Origin: Mobula hypostoma
Lineage: Eukaryota
Length of the DNA: 64,000 bases
Reading direction: 5' to 3'
Assembly: GCF_963921235.1 (NCBI RefSeq)
Contig: NC_086097.1
Span: 7,068,001-7,132,000, forward strand
The notes under the pieces are model-generated. The model had not been told where the DNA came from. It worked only from the letters and a program-made list of their open reading frames with translations, and ran no database searches. This document shows positions 1 through 11,212 of the stretch, piece by piece. Every line of letters starts with the position of its first letter. Position 1 is the first letter of the stretch. Made by a program: the position numbers and the translations under genes.

Positions 1-288
1 GTGGTTTTATTATTCTTTATCTTTGTGTGTTTTTTGTGCTGCATTGGATCCAGAGTAACAACTATTTTGTTCTCCTTGACACTTGTGTCCTGGAAATGAC
101 ATCTTGAACCTTGACATCCTCACTTGACTCATTCCGAGCTTTGCTTACAGTGGTTTTGCTTTTCTACCTGGCTGATACTCTTCATGTCCAAGCCTGCCCT
201 CCCACCCCCTTTCGTTTGTTCTTCTCTTTCTGTACCTTTCGAAATATTCCCACAAATTTTCGCTTTGAGCATTGTTTCAGTCACGTAC

Positions 289-407
289 CTTGAGTTGAAC
301 AATGCTCGGTCTCGATTCTTTCCCTGAGCTCAGAGCGATTATTCTGCGACAATCCTCCTTTAAAAATGCAACTTGTTGAAATAATTTTCTCACAGTAGTT
401 TCAAAGC
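289..407 (-). other. Candidate internal exon (119 nt) of an unidentified minus-strand transcript
   Basis: Minus strand: polypyrimidine acceptor attattttctttgcag|G at 407 and donor AAG|GTACGT at 289. One frame is open (FETTVRKLFQQVAFLKEDCRRIIALSSGKESRPSIVQLK) but the peptide is not recognised. Non-repeat sequence. Confidence 0.35.
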
Positions 408-543
408 CTGCAAAGAAAATAATGTAGAAATCAATATCTGAAACAACTGTCCACATTAATAACATTAATGACATCAGTTTATGTAGTTCTGTATAATATA
501 AAAACAGTTTCAAGTTCCCGGGTGTCAACAACTCTGAAGATCT

Positions 544-1176
544 AAACATGAGAAATTCTGTAGATGATAGAAATCCAAAGCAGCATATATCAAATGCCAG
601 AGGAACTCAGCAGGTCAGGCAGCATCTGTGGAAATGAATGAACAGTCAATGTTTCGGGCCGAGGCCATTCATCAAGGATGGAAAGGAAGGGAGAAGAAGC
701 CAGAATAAGATGATAGGTGAAGCCAGGTGAGTGGGACGTCCATGGCCACCTCTTGTGCCAATATAAGGCCATCCTCAGGATGGAGGAGTAACACCTTATA
801 TTTCATCTGAGTAGCCTACAACCTGATGGCATGAATATCAAATTCTCCTTCGGTTAAAAAATATGTCCCCACCCCTTCTCTTCCTCGATTACCACTCTGA
901 CCTTTTACCTCTTCTCACCTGCCTATTACTTCCCTCTCATCTTTCCCTTTCTCTGATGGTCCACTCTTCTTTCCTATTAGATTCCTTCTTCTCCAGCCCT
1001 TGAACTTTCCCATCCAGCTGGCTTCACCTATCACCTTCCAGCTAGCCTCCTTCCCCTCCCACCCATCTTTCCCCTTCCTTCTCAGTCCTGATGAAGGGAC
1101 TCGGCCCGATATGTTGACTGTTTTTTCATTTCAATAGATGCTGCCTAACATGCTGAGTTCCTCCAGCATTTTGTGT
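544..1176 (+). mobile_element. Penelope-like retroelement 3' relic with an inverted 5' arm (fold-back structure)
   Basis: About 785-857 encodes a degenerate EE(Q)HLIF(R)L.SLQPDGMNI.FS, matching the C-terminus of Penelope GIY-YIG ORFs. 590-738 is an inverted copy of the 3' arm at about 1010-1176 (GGAACTCAGCAGGTCAGGCAGCATC / GATGCTGCCTAACATGCTGAGTTCC). Confidence 0.75.
1083..1120 (+). ncRNA. Degenerate minimal type-I hammerhead ribozyme motif (Penelope-associated)
   Basis: CAGTC-CTGATGA-A-GGG-actcgg-CCC-GA(T)A-TGTT-GACTG. Stem I is CAGTC/GACTG, the CUGAUGA core is intact, stem II is GGG/CCC, and GAAA is mutated to GATA. An antisense copy at 643-680 retains GAAAC. Confidence 0.6.
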
Positions 1177-1194
1177 CTGAAGATCTATTCTGGG

Positions 1195-2155
1195 CCCATG
1201 TTTTTGCAATTACAAAGAAGGCTATGTTTCTTGAGGTGTTTGAGGACATTTGGAGCAGATATGTTACCAAAGACTCCAGCAAATTTCTACTTATGTACCA
1301 TGGAGAGCATTCTAACCAGTTGCATCACTGTTATGAGGGGCCACAGCACAAAATCACAAAATGGTGCAGAAAGTTGCAAACCCATCCAGCTTCATCATGG
1401 GCACTAGCCTCCTGCAGCATCAAGGACATGTTCAAAAGACTATGCCTTTAAAAGGACCCTCATCATGCAGGGCATGCCATTTTCTCATTGCTACTATCAA
1501 GCAAGTGGTACAGGAGTCTGAAGACACACACTCAACATTTTACGAGCAGCTTCTTTCCCTCTGCCATCCGATTTCTGAACCAACAATAAATTCATGTACA
1601 CTATTTTTTTGAAAAAAAGAAAGAAAGAAAGAAGGAAAAAAGAACCCCTACTAACTAAAACAAAAAAACTCCTGCTAACAAAAAAAAACTGAAAAAAAAA
1701 CCCATTGGGAGCACAACCCCGGAGCTATACGCCATACAAGCTTCCATAAAAGGAAAACGTCAATCCGCCAACTGAAATCCATTTAAACAAGAATCAGAAG
1801 GAAACTATCTTAATTAATTCAAATCAGCTGTTTTAACACTTTATTTTGTTTCTTCTTATTATTGATATATTGTTTAGCTTTGTTAATCAGTTATTTGGTA
1901 ATTTAATTTCTCATTGTACATGTTGACATGTTGACTTGATTACTTTAATGTATTTTTTTTGTTGATCTTCAACAATAATTAATAAAAAAGATTTAAAAAT
2001 GAAAATGAAATTCATGTGCACTACCTCACTATTTTGATTTCTTTTTTGCTTTACTTGTTTCAGTTAAGTTTTTAGATATATTTTATTGTAATTTATATTT
2101 TTTATTATATATTGCAATGTACTACTGTTGCAAAACAACAAATTTCATGACTGTA
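1195..2155 (+). mobile_element. Old Rex1-clade LINE 3' fragment, interrupted by an L1 insertion
   Basis: Degenerate RLCFLRCLRTFG...FYLCTMESILTSCIT, the Rex1 RT C-terminal region. The 3'UTR ends tattgcaatgtactactg...aatttcatgac. Confidence 0.7.
1604..2007 (+). mobile_element. 5'-truncated, probably 5'-inverted L1 3'UTR insertion with a 16-bp TSD
   Basis: Flanked by AAATTCATGTACACTA (1588-1603) and AAATTCATGTGCACTA (2008-2023). The first half is A-rich, the second half T-rich, ending AATTAATAAAAAAGATT. That end is nearly identical to the 3' end of the L1 at about 53111-53145 (minus). Confidence 0.55.
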
Positions 2156-2156
2156 T

Positions 2157-2648
2157 ACAATATTGTGCAAAAGTCTTAGACCCATATACATAGCTAGTAA
2201 TTGCCACCGTAGAGCAGAGTGAGTTTGTAAATCTGGCGGTAGCAAAGGATGTTGGGAATAGTGGGGGTGGAGCACTATGGAAGGGGTGTAGGACAGGTGG
2301 CAGAGGAAGAGTGCCAGGGGTAGGAGGTGGTGCAGGTGCAGACACACCCAGTCCTAAGACACCAGGCTTGATTCTAACAATTTGTTTACTGATCATTACA
2401 GAATGTCTCCCTGGTGCATCCTACTCCCACCTCTCTCCCTTCTCCTTTTCCAAACATGATTTTCCTCTCCCTACCCCCTTCCCACTCTCAGCCCACAAAA
2501 GAGACCGAGATCAGAATCAGGTTTATGTCATGAGTGTGTTTTTTTTCTTTTGTGGCAGCAGTACACTACAATACATAAAATTACTACAGTAGTGTGCAAA
2601 ATTCTTAGGCACCCTAGCTATACATATTTGCCTAAGACTTGTGTCACC
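2157..2648 (+). mobile_element. Tc1-type MITE, TIR CAGTACTGTGCAAAAGTCTTAGGCAC family
   Basis: Ends and interior match the copies at 28456-29328, 46660-46890 and about 3140-3440 (minus). Confidence 0.6.
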
Positions 2649-3729
2649 TTGGTGATTGTATGTCACCTAGAACATGCCCTCTTCTCAATGCACAGCAGAC
2701 TGAACACACACATTCAACATTTTAGGAACAGCTTCATCCTCTCCACCATTACATTTCTGAATGCACAATGATCCCATATACACTACCTCACGATTTTCTT
2801 TCCAATTTTTTGCTCTTTGCACTACTGAAATATATTTCTTAATGTAATTTATAGTTTTTATCATTATGTATTGCACTATATGCTGCCACAATACAACAAA
2901 TTTCACAACAAACACCACTGAGCTTAAACCTGATTCTGAGTCAAATAGTCAGGCTGGTTTGGTCATTGTATCAGTGTCATACAGCACTGCAGAACAGAAA
3001 CAGGCCCTTCAGCCTATCTAGTCTGAGCCGAACAATAATTCTGCATAGTACTATTGACCTGCACCTGAACCATAACCCTCCTTACCATTGTTGTCCGTGT
3101 ACTTATCCAAATTTCTCTTAAATGGTGAAATCAAGCCTACATGGGAAGAAGGAAAGGAACAGGCGAGAGAGCGGAAAGCACCAGAGAGACATTCTGTAAT
3201 GATCAATGAACCAATTGTTTGGAATCATGTAACCTTAACTGGTGTCTCAGGCCTGGGTGTGTCTGTATGCATGGCACCTCCCTGCCCCTGGCACTCCTTC
3301 TCTGCCACCTGTTCCACACCTCTCTTGCAGCGCCTCATCCTCATCATTCCCACTGTCCTTTGCCCCTGCCAGATTTACAAACTCGCTCTCCACTCCATGT
3401 TGACAAATTCATATATATATACTTATTTTGCACAGTGCTGTTTCCTTGGAGGTCAAGCTCTTTGCAGACAGTTAAGCACATCAGAAGTGGACCTACTGTT
3501 ATAGTTTACAAAATCCTACCTCTAATTTACATGCAAGAATCCACAAGAAGGAAAAGGACAATAATTGAATTAAATTAGGGTGAGTTTTCCTGATCCTTCT
3601 CCAACCCTGGATGGAATCCAATGGGAGTAATTTGAATGAAATTTCACCACTGTGTACCCGGTGGGATCTGTACCCCCACTGCTTCTTCATTCATTCTTTC
3701 AAACAAGGTAAAATTAAAAGCCCAACTCA

Positions 3730-3910
3730 TAAACACAAGAGATTCTGCAGATGCTGGAAATTCAGAGCAACACACACAAAATACTGGAGGAACTCAGCAG
3801 GTCAGGCAGCATCCTGATGGAAGATCTCAGTCTGAACCATTGACTGTGTATTCATTTCCGTAGATGCTGCCTGTCCTACTGAGTTCCTCCAGCATTTTGT
3901 GTGCGTTGCA
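3730..3910. mobile_element. Short Penelope-derived fold-back repeat with a degenerate hammerhead in the loop
   Basis: Arm CAAAATACTGGAGGAACTCAGCAGGTCAGGCAGCATC pairs with GATGCTGCCTGTCCTACTGAGTTCCTCCAGCATTTTG. The loop contains CTGATGGAAGATCTCAGTCTGAACCATTGACTG. Confidence 0.65.
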
Positions 3911-4502
3911 TACAATAAAAAACAATTTATTTTCTGTTAGGTAACAACAGCTGGAGTTAACAGTAGACTTCAGGAAATACTGATAGGAAATTTAATTGCC
4001 AGTGTGACTTGCTAAGTTTTATTTGACCACACTTGGAGTTACCCTGTGAAAAATTCAGTGATGTTCACAATTAATTTTCCTTGTTTAATTATTTTGAGCA
4101 TTTATAATGATCAATTAGGAAGAATGGAAGACTTTAAAGTGTTGACAGGTATATTTATTAAATCTTGGATGGATCCTAATTATAATGTGACTTCAAATAT
4201 ACAAGCAAAATCTAATGAAGAAGATGTGACTGAGTATATGAGGAAATTATTGGAATATTAAATTGTGTTTCTAATACACCGAAAGATTATGTGAAGATGC
4301 TACCTTCAGAAGTAAATTAATTTTCGAAATTGGACGTACAGTAATAACATACTACTAACTTAAATGCCTTTCATCTCAGGATTTGGTTTGAGGCCAACTT
4401 AGGTTCAGAAGATGAAAGTGTTCTCTCTCTGCTGCTAATAATAAATTGGCACTCTTATTCAGGGGCCACAGGGTGGGTTGAGTTCAGGCTGGAAAAACTC
4501 AC

Positions 4503-4655
4503 ACTGATTGAGTAACAGAGCACTTTTTGAGGTTGAAGGTAAAACTCAATGCAGAGGGAACATTACATGAGACACATCCCACAACAGAACTTAAGTTACT
4601 CAAAGTTAACACTGCATAGAGAAGGCAAGAAAATATTCCATTTCCTGAAATTATC
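4503..4655 (-). other. Candidate exon (153 nt, symmetric phase 2-2)
   Basis: Acceptor gcttttcttttccag|G at 4655 and donor AGT|GTGAGT at 4503, with 50 stop-free codons in one frame. No homology recognised. Confidence 0.2.
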
Positions 4656-5293
4656 CTGGAAAAGAAAAGCTATTAGAGGATATTGCGACTTTTGGGGCAA
4701 GAGCAGTATAATAGAAAGACCTTTCATTTTGATTTGATGACAGCAAAACAGTTTTGTATCTATACTTGGTGAAATAACTTAAATAAAATGAGATTACTCA
4801 TTTCAGGTCATCAAAGTTACAAAAGTTACCCCAAATTACCGTGGCACAGTAGAGCAGTGGTTATAGTGCCAGCGAGCCAGGCTCCATTACCGCTGCTGCC
4901 AGTACGGAATTTGTACGGGCTCGTTCGGCTGGAAGGACCTCTTTACCGTGCTGTATCTCTAAATAAATAAATACTCAGTCTGAGTCCAGTTATTAGAAGC
5001 CATTAGCCCAATTAAGCACAAATTGGCACCAAATCAGCACTTTCGTCGGGAAATTTCACAGGCACCAGTGTAGGGGTAGGGGTGGAAATGTCATCTGGGC
5101 ATTAGAAAAGCCTTCTATCAAGAATGAGATTAAGGAGTATGTTTGATGCAGGGTAAACTAATGAATCGCCAGTCACTCAAAGCATAGAACTCCAGTACCC
5201 ATCACCACATACTCACACCGCACTGTGTCCGAATTTTTGATAAATAAAAGGTGACAGAGAGGAAATGAAGAGTCAGGAACAAAGAAGTTTAGT

Positions 5294-5947
5294 AGTCATA
5301 GTCATAGTCATAATCGTACTTTATTAATCCAGGGGGAGATTGGTTTTCGTTACAGTTGCTCCAAAAATAATAAATAGTAATAGAACCATAAATAGTTAAA
5401 TAGTAATATGTAAATTATGCCAGTAAATTATGAAATAAGTCCAGGACCAGCCTATTGGCTCAGGGTGTCTGACCCTCCAAGGGAGGAGTTGTAAAGTTTG
5501 ATGGCCACAGGCAGGAATGACTTCCTATGACGCTCTGTGCTGCATCTCGATGGAATGAGTCTCTGGCTGAATGTACTCCTGTGCCCAACCAGTACATTAT
5601 GTAGTGGATGGGAGACATTGACCAGGATGGCATGCAACTTAGACAGCATCCTGTTTTCAGACACCACCGTGAGAGAGTCCAGTTCCATCCCCATAACATC
5701 ACTGGCCTTACGAATGAGTTTGTTGATTCTGTTGGTGTCTGCCACCCTCAGCCTGCTGCCCCAACACACAACAGCAAACATGATAGCACTGGCCACCACA
5801 GACTAGTAGAACATACTCAGCATCGTCCGGCAGATGTTAAAGGGCCACGGTCTCCTCAGGAAATAGAGACAGCTCTGGCCCTTCTTGTAAACAGCCTCAG
5901 TGTTCTTTGACCAGTCCAGTTTATTGTCAATTCGTATCCCCAGGTAC
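5294..5947 (-). mobile_element. Young Rex1-clade LINE, 5'-truncated, with (ATGACT)n tail
   Basis: ORF 5452-5799 VVASAIMFAVVCWGS...PVAIKLYNSSLGGSDTLSQ, preceded by YLGIRIDNKL. Near-identical to the copies at 31234, 34997 and 38596. Confidence 0.9.
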
Positions 5948-6811
5948 AAATACACTATTACATCAATGAAATCGTTAGTGACTACAGTGAGATATACAAT
6001 ATTATGAGGGGCATAAACAGGGTAGATTCAAGTGGACTTTGTGCTATATTAGATATTAAAAAATGGAACACATACCATCACCGAGAGCATCTTCACATCA
6101 GCCAGTACTGTCTGGTTTGGTGCATCATCCTCTTGCAAAGGTCACTGGCTGCCATCTGGCATTACCACAAGACTTATATGTGTCCAAGACAGAGAAATGG
6201 CCAGGAAAAAATTATCGTGGATACTACCCACTTTGCAAACTGCCTTTTTCAAAAGGTCCCTTCGGGAAAGTGCTATAGGGCTATTAAACAAAATTTCACA
6301 CCATCTTAAAAGTATCTTCCCCAAGCAATTAATCAGATCAACCATTCTAGTTATTGAATTGAATTGACTTTACACCACCCCATCTACTACCCCCCACCAC
6401 TGCACTGTACTGTAATCACTTTAAGTCGGTACTTCGTAAATACATGAGAATATTTATCTATTTATGCATTTTTTTTTCTATATCCATACTTCTAACTTTA
6501 TTTTGTATTAATTTTTATTCTTTTTGATTGTTGAATGTTGTTTTAGTTGCATGTCACAGCAGAGAAAGTTTCTAATACATGCAAATGGATCTGGCCAATA
6601 AAAGATAATCCTTGACACATTTAAAACAAAGATTTTCCAGAGACACCTGAGTGGGATTTTTTTTATATCTCAATGGTTGGAATCTGGAATTCTTTAAACT
6701 GATGGTGGAGGAAGAGATTCTCACAATGGGAGAGCACTTGAATTACCAAGGTATAGGACGGGAACAGACCAAGTGCCAGCGTATAGGGATTCGTATAGAT
6801 GCCTAATCTAT

Positions 6812-7220
6812 TCTCTTCCCATCCTTACCATTCTGCATTAGCTTCCCCTATCTTTTAGAGTTGATTTTAAAGTTCTCTCACTTGTTTTTAAAGCTCTCAA
6901 TGGTCTGGGACAAGAATACATCATAGCTCTCAGGCCTTCATCTGCCGGTCCCTTAAATTTAAACAATCTTCCTCAAAAGATAATTAGCACATCAGCTTTT
7001 CTGAACTGCGCTCCTAAACAGTGGAACTAAATACCTAAAACTTTAAGGGATGCAGATTGTCCACTTTAAAGGACAGCTCAAAACCTACAGTATTTATTTA
7101 AACTTGCTTTTAACTGACATCTTTTTGTCTTTTATTTTCATGTTTGCACCTTATCCCATTGTAAAACACTTTGAACTACATCGTCTGTACAGAACGTGTG
7201 CTAAAAATAAGTTATTATTC
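6812..7220 (+). mobile_element. L2-clade LINE 3' fragment (a further tail copy lies at about 18130-18280, minus)
   Basis: Degenerate LH.LP..FRVDFKVL.LVFKALNGL...AF...AP..WN...FK..LKTY, typical of the L2 ORF2 C-terminus. Confidence 0.7.
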
Positions 7221-8134
7221 TAGTATTTTTATTTCAGATCTCAAGCTGGTAAAACCTGAGGTACGGGCATAGCCAAGCACAATCATTTCTCAATTGTAAG
7301 AACTTTCAGACTATTCTAGTGGTGTTTAGCGTTGTGGCTCTCTAAAGATTTACACAAATATTGCTGTGTAGGCCAAATTATTTAATGCTATTGTGTAGTA
7401 ACTTTGAGATGCTACCAATTGTAGATATTACTATTGGTGCAATGTATACCCTGTTCATGTTCCATCATTATTATTATTATTGTTGTTGTTATTATTAATA
7501 GCTGGGTGGATGAGGCCTGTTTCTGTGGTGACTGAATAACACACTGAAGAGATAACTCAGAGATAGGAGAGCAGCTGATGGAAACTGACTTTGACAGTAA
7601 CAGTGGCATTACAATCATTTGCTCATATTGACTTATGACTTGGAATAAGGCCATTCAGCCAAACAAGTCTAGGCTGGCTCCCAGAGGATACACATAGATC
7701 TCATTCCACTCCTATTTTCCAGTAACCTATTTTCTCACACATGTCCACCAACTCCCTTTGGGTTTCCTGCCAACCACTTGCACAACAGCTGCTATCAATG
7801 GCATGGTGAATTAACTCATTATAAGAGTGATTGGCAGGAAACTCAGGGAGATTTGATGGGTTTATGAGAGAAAATAGCCTACTATGGCTGGTAGGAAACC
7901 AATGCACCGAGGGAACTCATGTGGTGACAGAAAAAGTACATAAATTCTACCTAGACAGCACCTGACGTTAGGATTGAACCACTGAAGCTGTGAGGGAGCA
8001 ACACTTTGCAGTGCCAAAGTGCCACCCTATGCCAGCTGCCATTCATTCTGCCTGATAGCTTTTGTCGATGTGTTAGGTTTTACAGTAAATTCAGTATTTC
8101 TGTGGTCTGGGATTTGTGAGGCCTTTCAAGTCTA

Positions 8135-8806
8135 AGTATAGTGAAGAAGATTGTAGTGGTTTGATCGTTACTTTATTAGTTACAGTAGTGGAACTCGGCA
8201 TGGTCTTCCACTGCTATAGCCTGTCCACTTCAAGGTTCTACATGTTGTCTGTTCAGAGATGCTCTTCTGCACACCACTGTTGTAACGTGAGATTATCTGA
8301 GTTACTCTTGCCTTCTTGTCAACTTGAATCACTCTGCTAATTCTCCTCTGAATTCTCTCATTAATAAGGCATTTTAGCCTGCAGTATACTATAGTGTCAG
8401 CTTTTAGGAGAGAAAACTTGACAGACATACTGGTCAGTACCGAATTACATGCAGTCCTAAACTTCGGGGTGTGGAGGAGAAACGGTAAGGTATGCAAACA
8501 GTTAAGAACATCAGAAAGTATACACAACAGAGCCCACAGAACTGCCACTCACTGGACTTTGTTTCACTTTTTTTTTGCATAATTCTCTGTAAACTAGCGC
8601 AGGGGATCCCAACCTTTTTTTATGCCATCATTCCATGGTCAAAGTCACTTAGATCACATTTTTTACCCATTCTGTCATTTGATCTGAACAACAACTGAAC
8701 CTCTTGACATGTCTGCATGCTTTTATGCACTGAGTTGTTGATACATGATTGGCTGATTAGATACTTGCAATCATACAGGTGTACCAAGTAAAGTGGCCAC
8801 TCAGTG
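8135..8806 (-). mobile_element. Non-autonomous Tc1/mariner derivative (TIR CACT[C/G]AGTGGCCACTTTA...) containing small internal insertions
   Basis: TIR at about 8780-8806 flanked by TA. Relic transposase start MGKKCDLSDFD and relic DKKARVTQI...YNSGVQKSISE.TT.RTL. Same family as 23109-24088. Confidence 0.7.
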
Positions 8807-9085
8807 TATGTATATATCAATCCTGTTCGCAACTGAATTGATACCATCTGTATTATGTACAAGGTATTTCGAATTATAATTTATTCTCTTTCAATTTAAC
8901 TCCTACTCCCGCATTACTCTAAACACCCATCAGCAAGGACGCAGCGTGACATCCACACCAGGACCACCAGACTCAATACACTTATTTTCCCTAAGCAGAA
9001 AAGCTGATCGACACCTCCACCCACTAACCCACCCCTCCACATCCCCAATCATCACTCCATTATAATTTCATATCAGTCACTCCTG

Positions 9086-9455
9086 TGTCCTGAGCTCTGC
9101 GGCCCTCTGCAACGAGCTGTGGAGTGTTGGGCTTCTAGGTTTCTCAAGCATCTGTGTTTACTAATTGTTGTTTTAATGGAGCTGTTAAACCCTTGTGCTC
9201 CCTGTTGGATCTTGTCAACTTAATAGTGACTGGCATGGGTTTTCCACATTCTGTGATTATTTAAAGTGGAGTCCTGTTTACCACTCCCTGTGGGGTCCTG
9301 TGTGTTGAGAATGTTTGTCTTGTGCTATCGCTCGGTCATGCCACCAACGTTCAGTTTGAATTGCTATGTAAAACCTCTTGTTTCTGCCTCTACATGGGAG
9401 CCTGCCATTCATCCACACCTGGGTTCAGTTGAAACAAGCGCTCATTATTATGATA
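9086..9455 (+). mobile_element. Solo-LTR-like element inserted in a Rex1 3'UTR
   Basis: TGTC...TGATA ends. Flanked by CTCCTG (9080-9085) and CTTCTG (9456-9461). The host sequence reads through when the insert is removed. Confidence 0.5.
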
Positions 9456-9807
9456 CTTCTGTGCCTGGCTTCACCTTATGGACAATCTATGTATATTTAT
9501 GTTAATTGTACTTTTGTATTTTTTTTCTTATTGTGTTTCTCTGTGCCACATCAGATCTGGAGTAACAATTATTTTGTTCTCCTTTAGAAATGTGTACTGG
9601 AAATGACATTAAACAATCTTGAAGTTTGAACTTGGTTATTTGTTTACTGCTATAGCAAAGGTGTAAAAATCACAGAAGGTGAGAAGGCAATGTTGCTGCT
9701 GAAAGATTGTCTAACATCGCAGATGATGGCAGTGGGATGCAGGCTGTTCACGTCTTACAGTAGGCAGACCATCTAACTAGTAAAGTTTCTCATACTCTAT
9801 GTATGAC

Positions 9808-10205
9808 TTATCATCATCATTGTGTGCAGTGTCATTTGACGTGTGCATTCATGGTCCCAAGACCATGATTGTTCTTGGCAAATTTGCCTACCAAAGTGGT
9901 TTGCCATTGCTATCTTCTGGGCGGTGTCTTTACAAGACAGGTGACCCCAGCCATTATCAATACTCTTCAGAGACTGTCTGCCTGGCATCAGTGTTTGAAT
10001 ACCCAGGGCTTGTGATATGCACCAAATGCTCATACGGCCATCCACCACTTGTTCCCATGGCTTCACTTTACCCTGATTGGTGGGGGTGGGGCAGGGCTGG
10101 GGGTGCTAAGGAGCTGCTACACTTTGCACAAGGGTGACCTTTAGGCTAGCAGAGAGAAGGAGCACCTTATACCTCCTTTGGTAGACATGTATCTCCACCC
10201 CACCA
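9808..10205 (-). mobile_element. RTE-related non-autonomous retroposon (other copies at 17592-17965, about 26370-26525 and 27667-27865)
   Basis: Contains GCAATGGCAAACCACT...TTGCCAAGAAC, resembling the BovB/RTE UTR motif. Has a (GAT)n tail and a conserved GC-rich head. Confidence 0.65.
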
Positions 10206-11151
10206 CACATGTATAAGTAGGTCCATGCTAAGGAATAGCAGCAACCTATTCCATTTTATAAATCAAAGTTCAAAAATGTTCTAAGCTCAAAGTAAATTTG
10301 TTATGAAAATACATCTATGGCACTGTATGCCACCCTGAGATTCATTTTCTTGGGGGCATTCACAATAAATAGAAGCTATGAAAAACCTCACAGGACAGAG
10401 ACCGACAAATAACCAATGTGCAAAGACTGTGCAAATACAAAAAGAAAAAAAATATTATAATACTAAATAAGCATTGAGAACACCAGTTGTAGTCTTTTAA
10501 GAATGAGTCCATAGGTAGTGGAATCCGTTCACTGTTGAACTATTAAAGTTCTTAGTTTTCTTAAAGTTTAGCATGTAGGGTATCAGATACCAACTCACCC
10601 AGTTAGTGGAAAAACAGGAAAGGCTTGTAAATTATATTAAAATGTAGTTGAACAATCTAGCTTTGTACACAGACACCCAAATTGTCGCCTTATGTTACAC
10701 GGTGATGTATCCGAAGGAGGTGTTTACTGAAATTTCTGAAGGTAACAGATACAATTTTTTACAGGTTTCTGTGAACTAAGATTATTTTTTAGGATTGTTT
10801 AAGATTTCCAGTATACAAGTGTAAAGGAGAACGTATAATTGTTACTCCGGATCCGATGCAGCACAAAATTACACAAAAAGATATAGAACACAATTAAAAA
10901 AAAACATAATAAATATAATTACGTAAGATAGCTTATATATGTAGACTGATTGTATGTGATTAAGTGACGCTAGATACTGGAGTGTCTGTACAGAAGGTGG
11001 CGGACAGAAAGGTTAAGTTATGACGTTGGAATGGGCCCAATATCTTCAGCTCTGGGAAACGTTGGAAGAAATCGGAAAAGCACTTGGTGCTCTCCACGTC
11101 TCGCCCGGAGAGCGCGAAGTGAGGCGCTGTGCAGTTGGCAGCCACTCTCAC

Positions 11152-11212
11152 CGAGTCAAGAGAGATACCGTGAGCATGCAGCCAGTAACCGCCGCCAAGC
11201 CGAGATAAGACG
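11152..11212 (-). other. Candidate exon (61 nt)
   Basis: Acceptor cctgctttctgtcctgtcag|C at 11212 and donor TCG|GTGAGA at 11152. Confidence 0.35.

Noticed and set aside
4046..4475. Protein-like plus-strand ORF (MEDFKVLTG...MRKLLEY) and a nearby open exon-like segment
   Set aside because: No homology recognised and no consistent exon chain. Compatible with chance.
5460..5910. Overlapping antisense ORFs repeated at several loci (also 35236-35609 and 38351-38880)
   Set aside because: Shadow frames of near-identical Rex1 copies, not independent genes.
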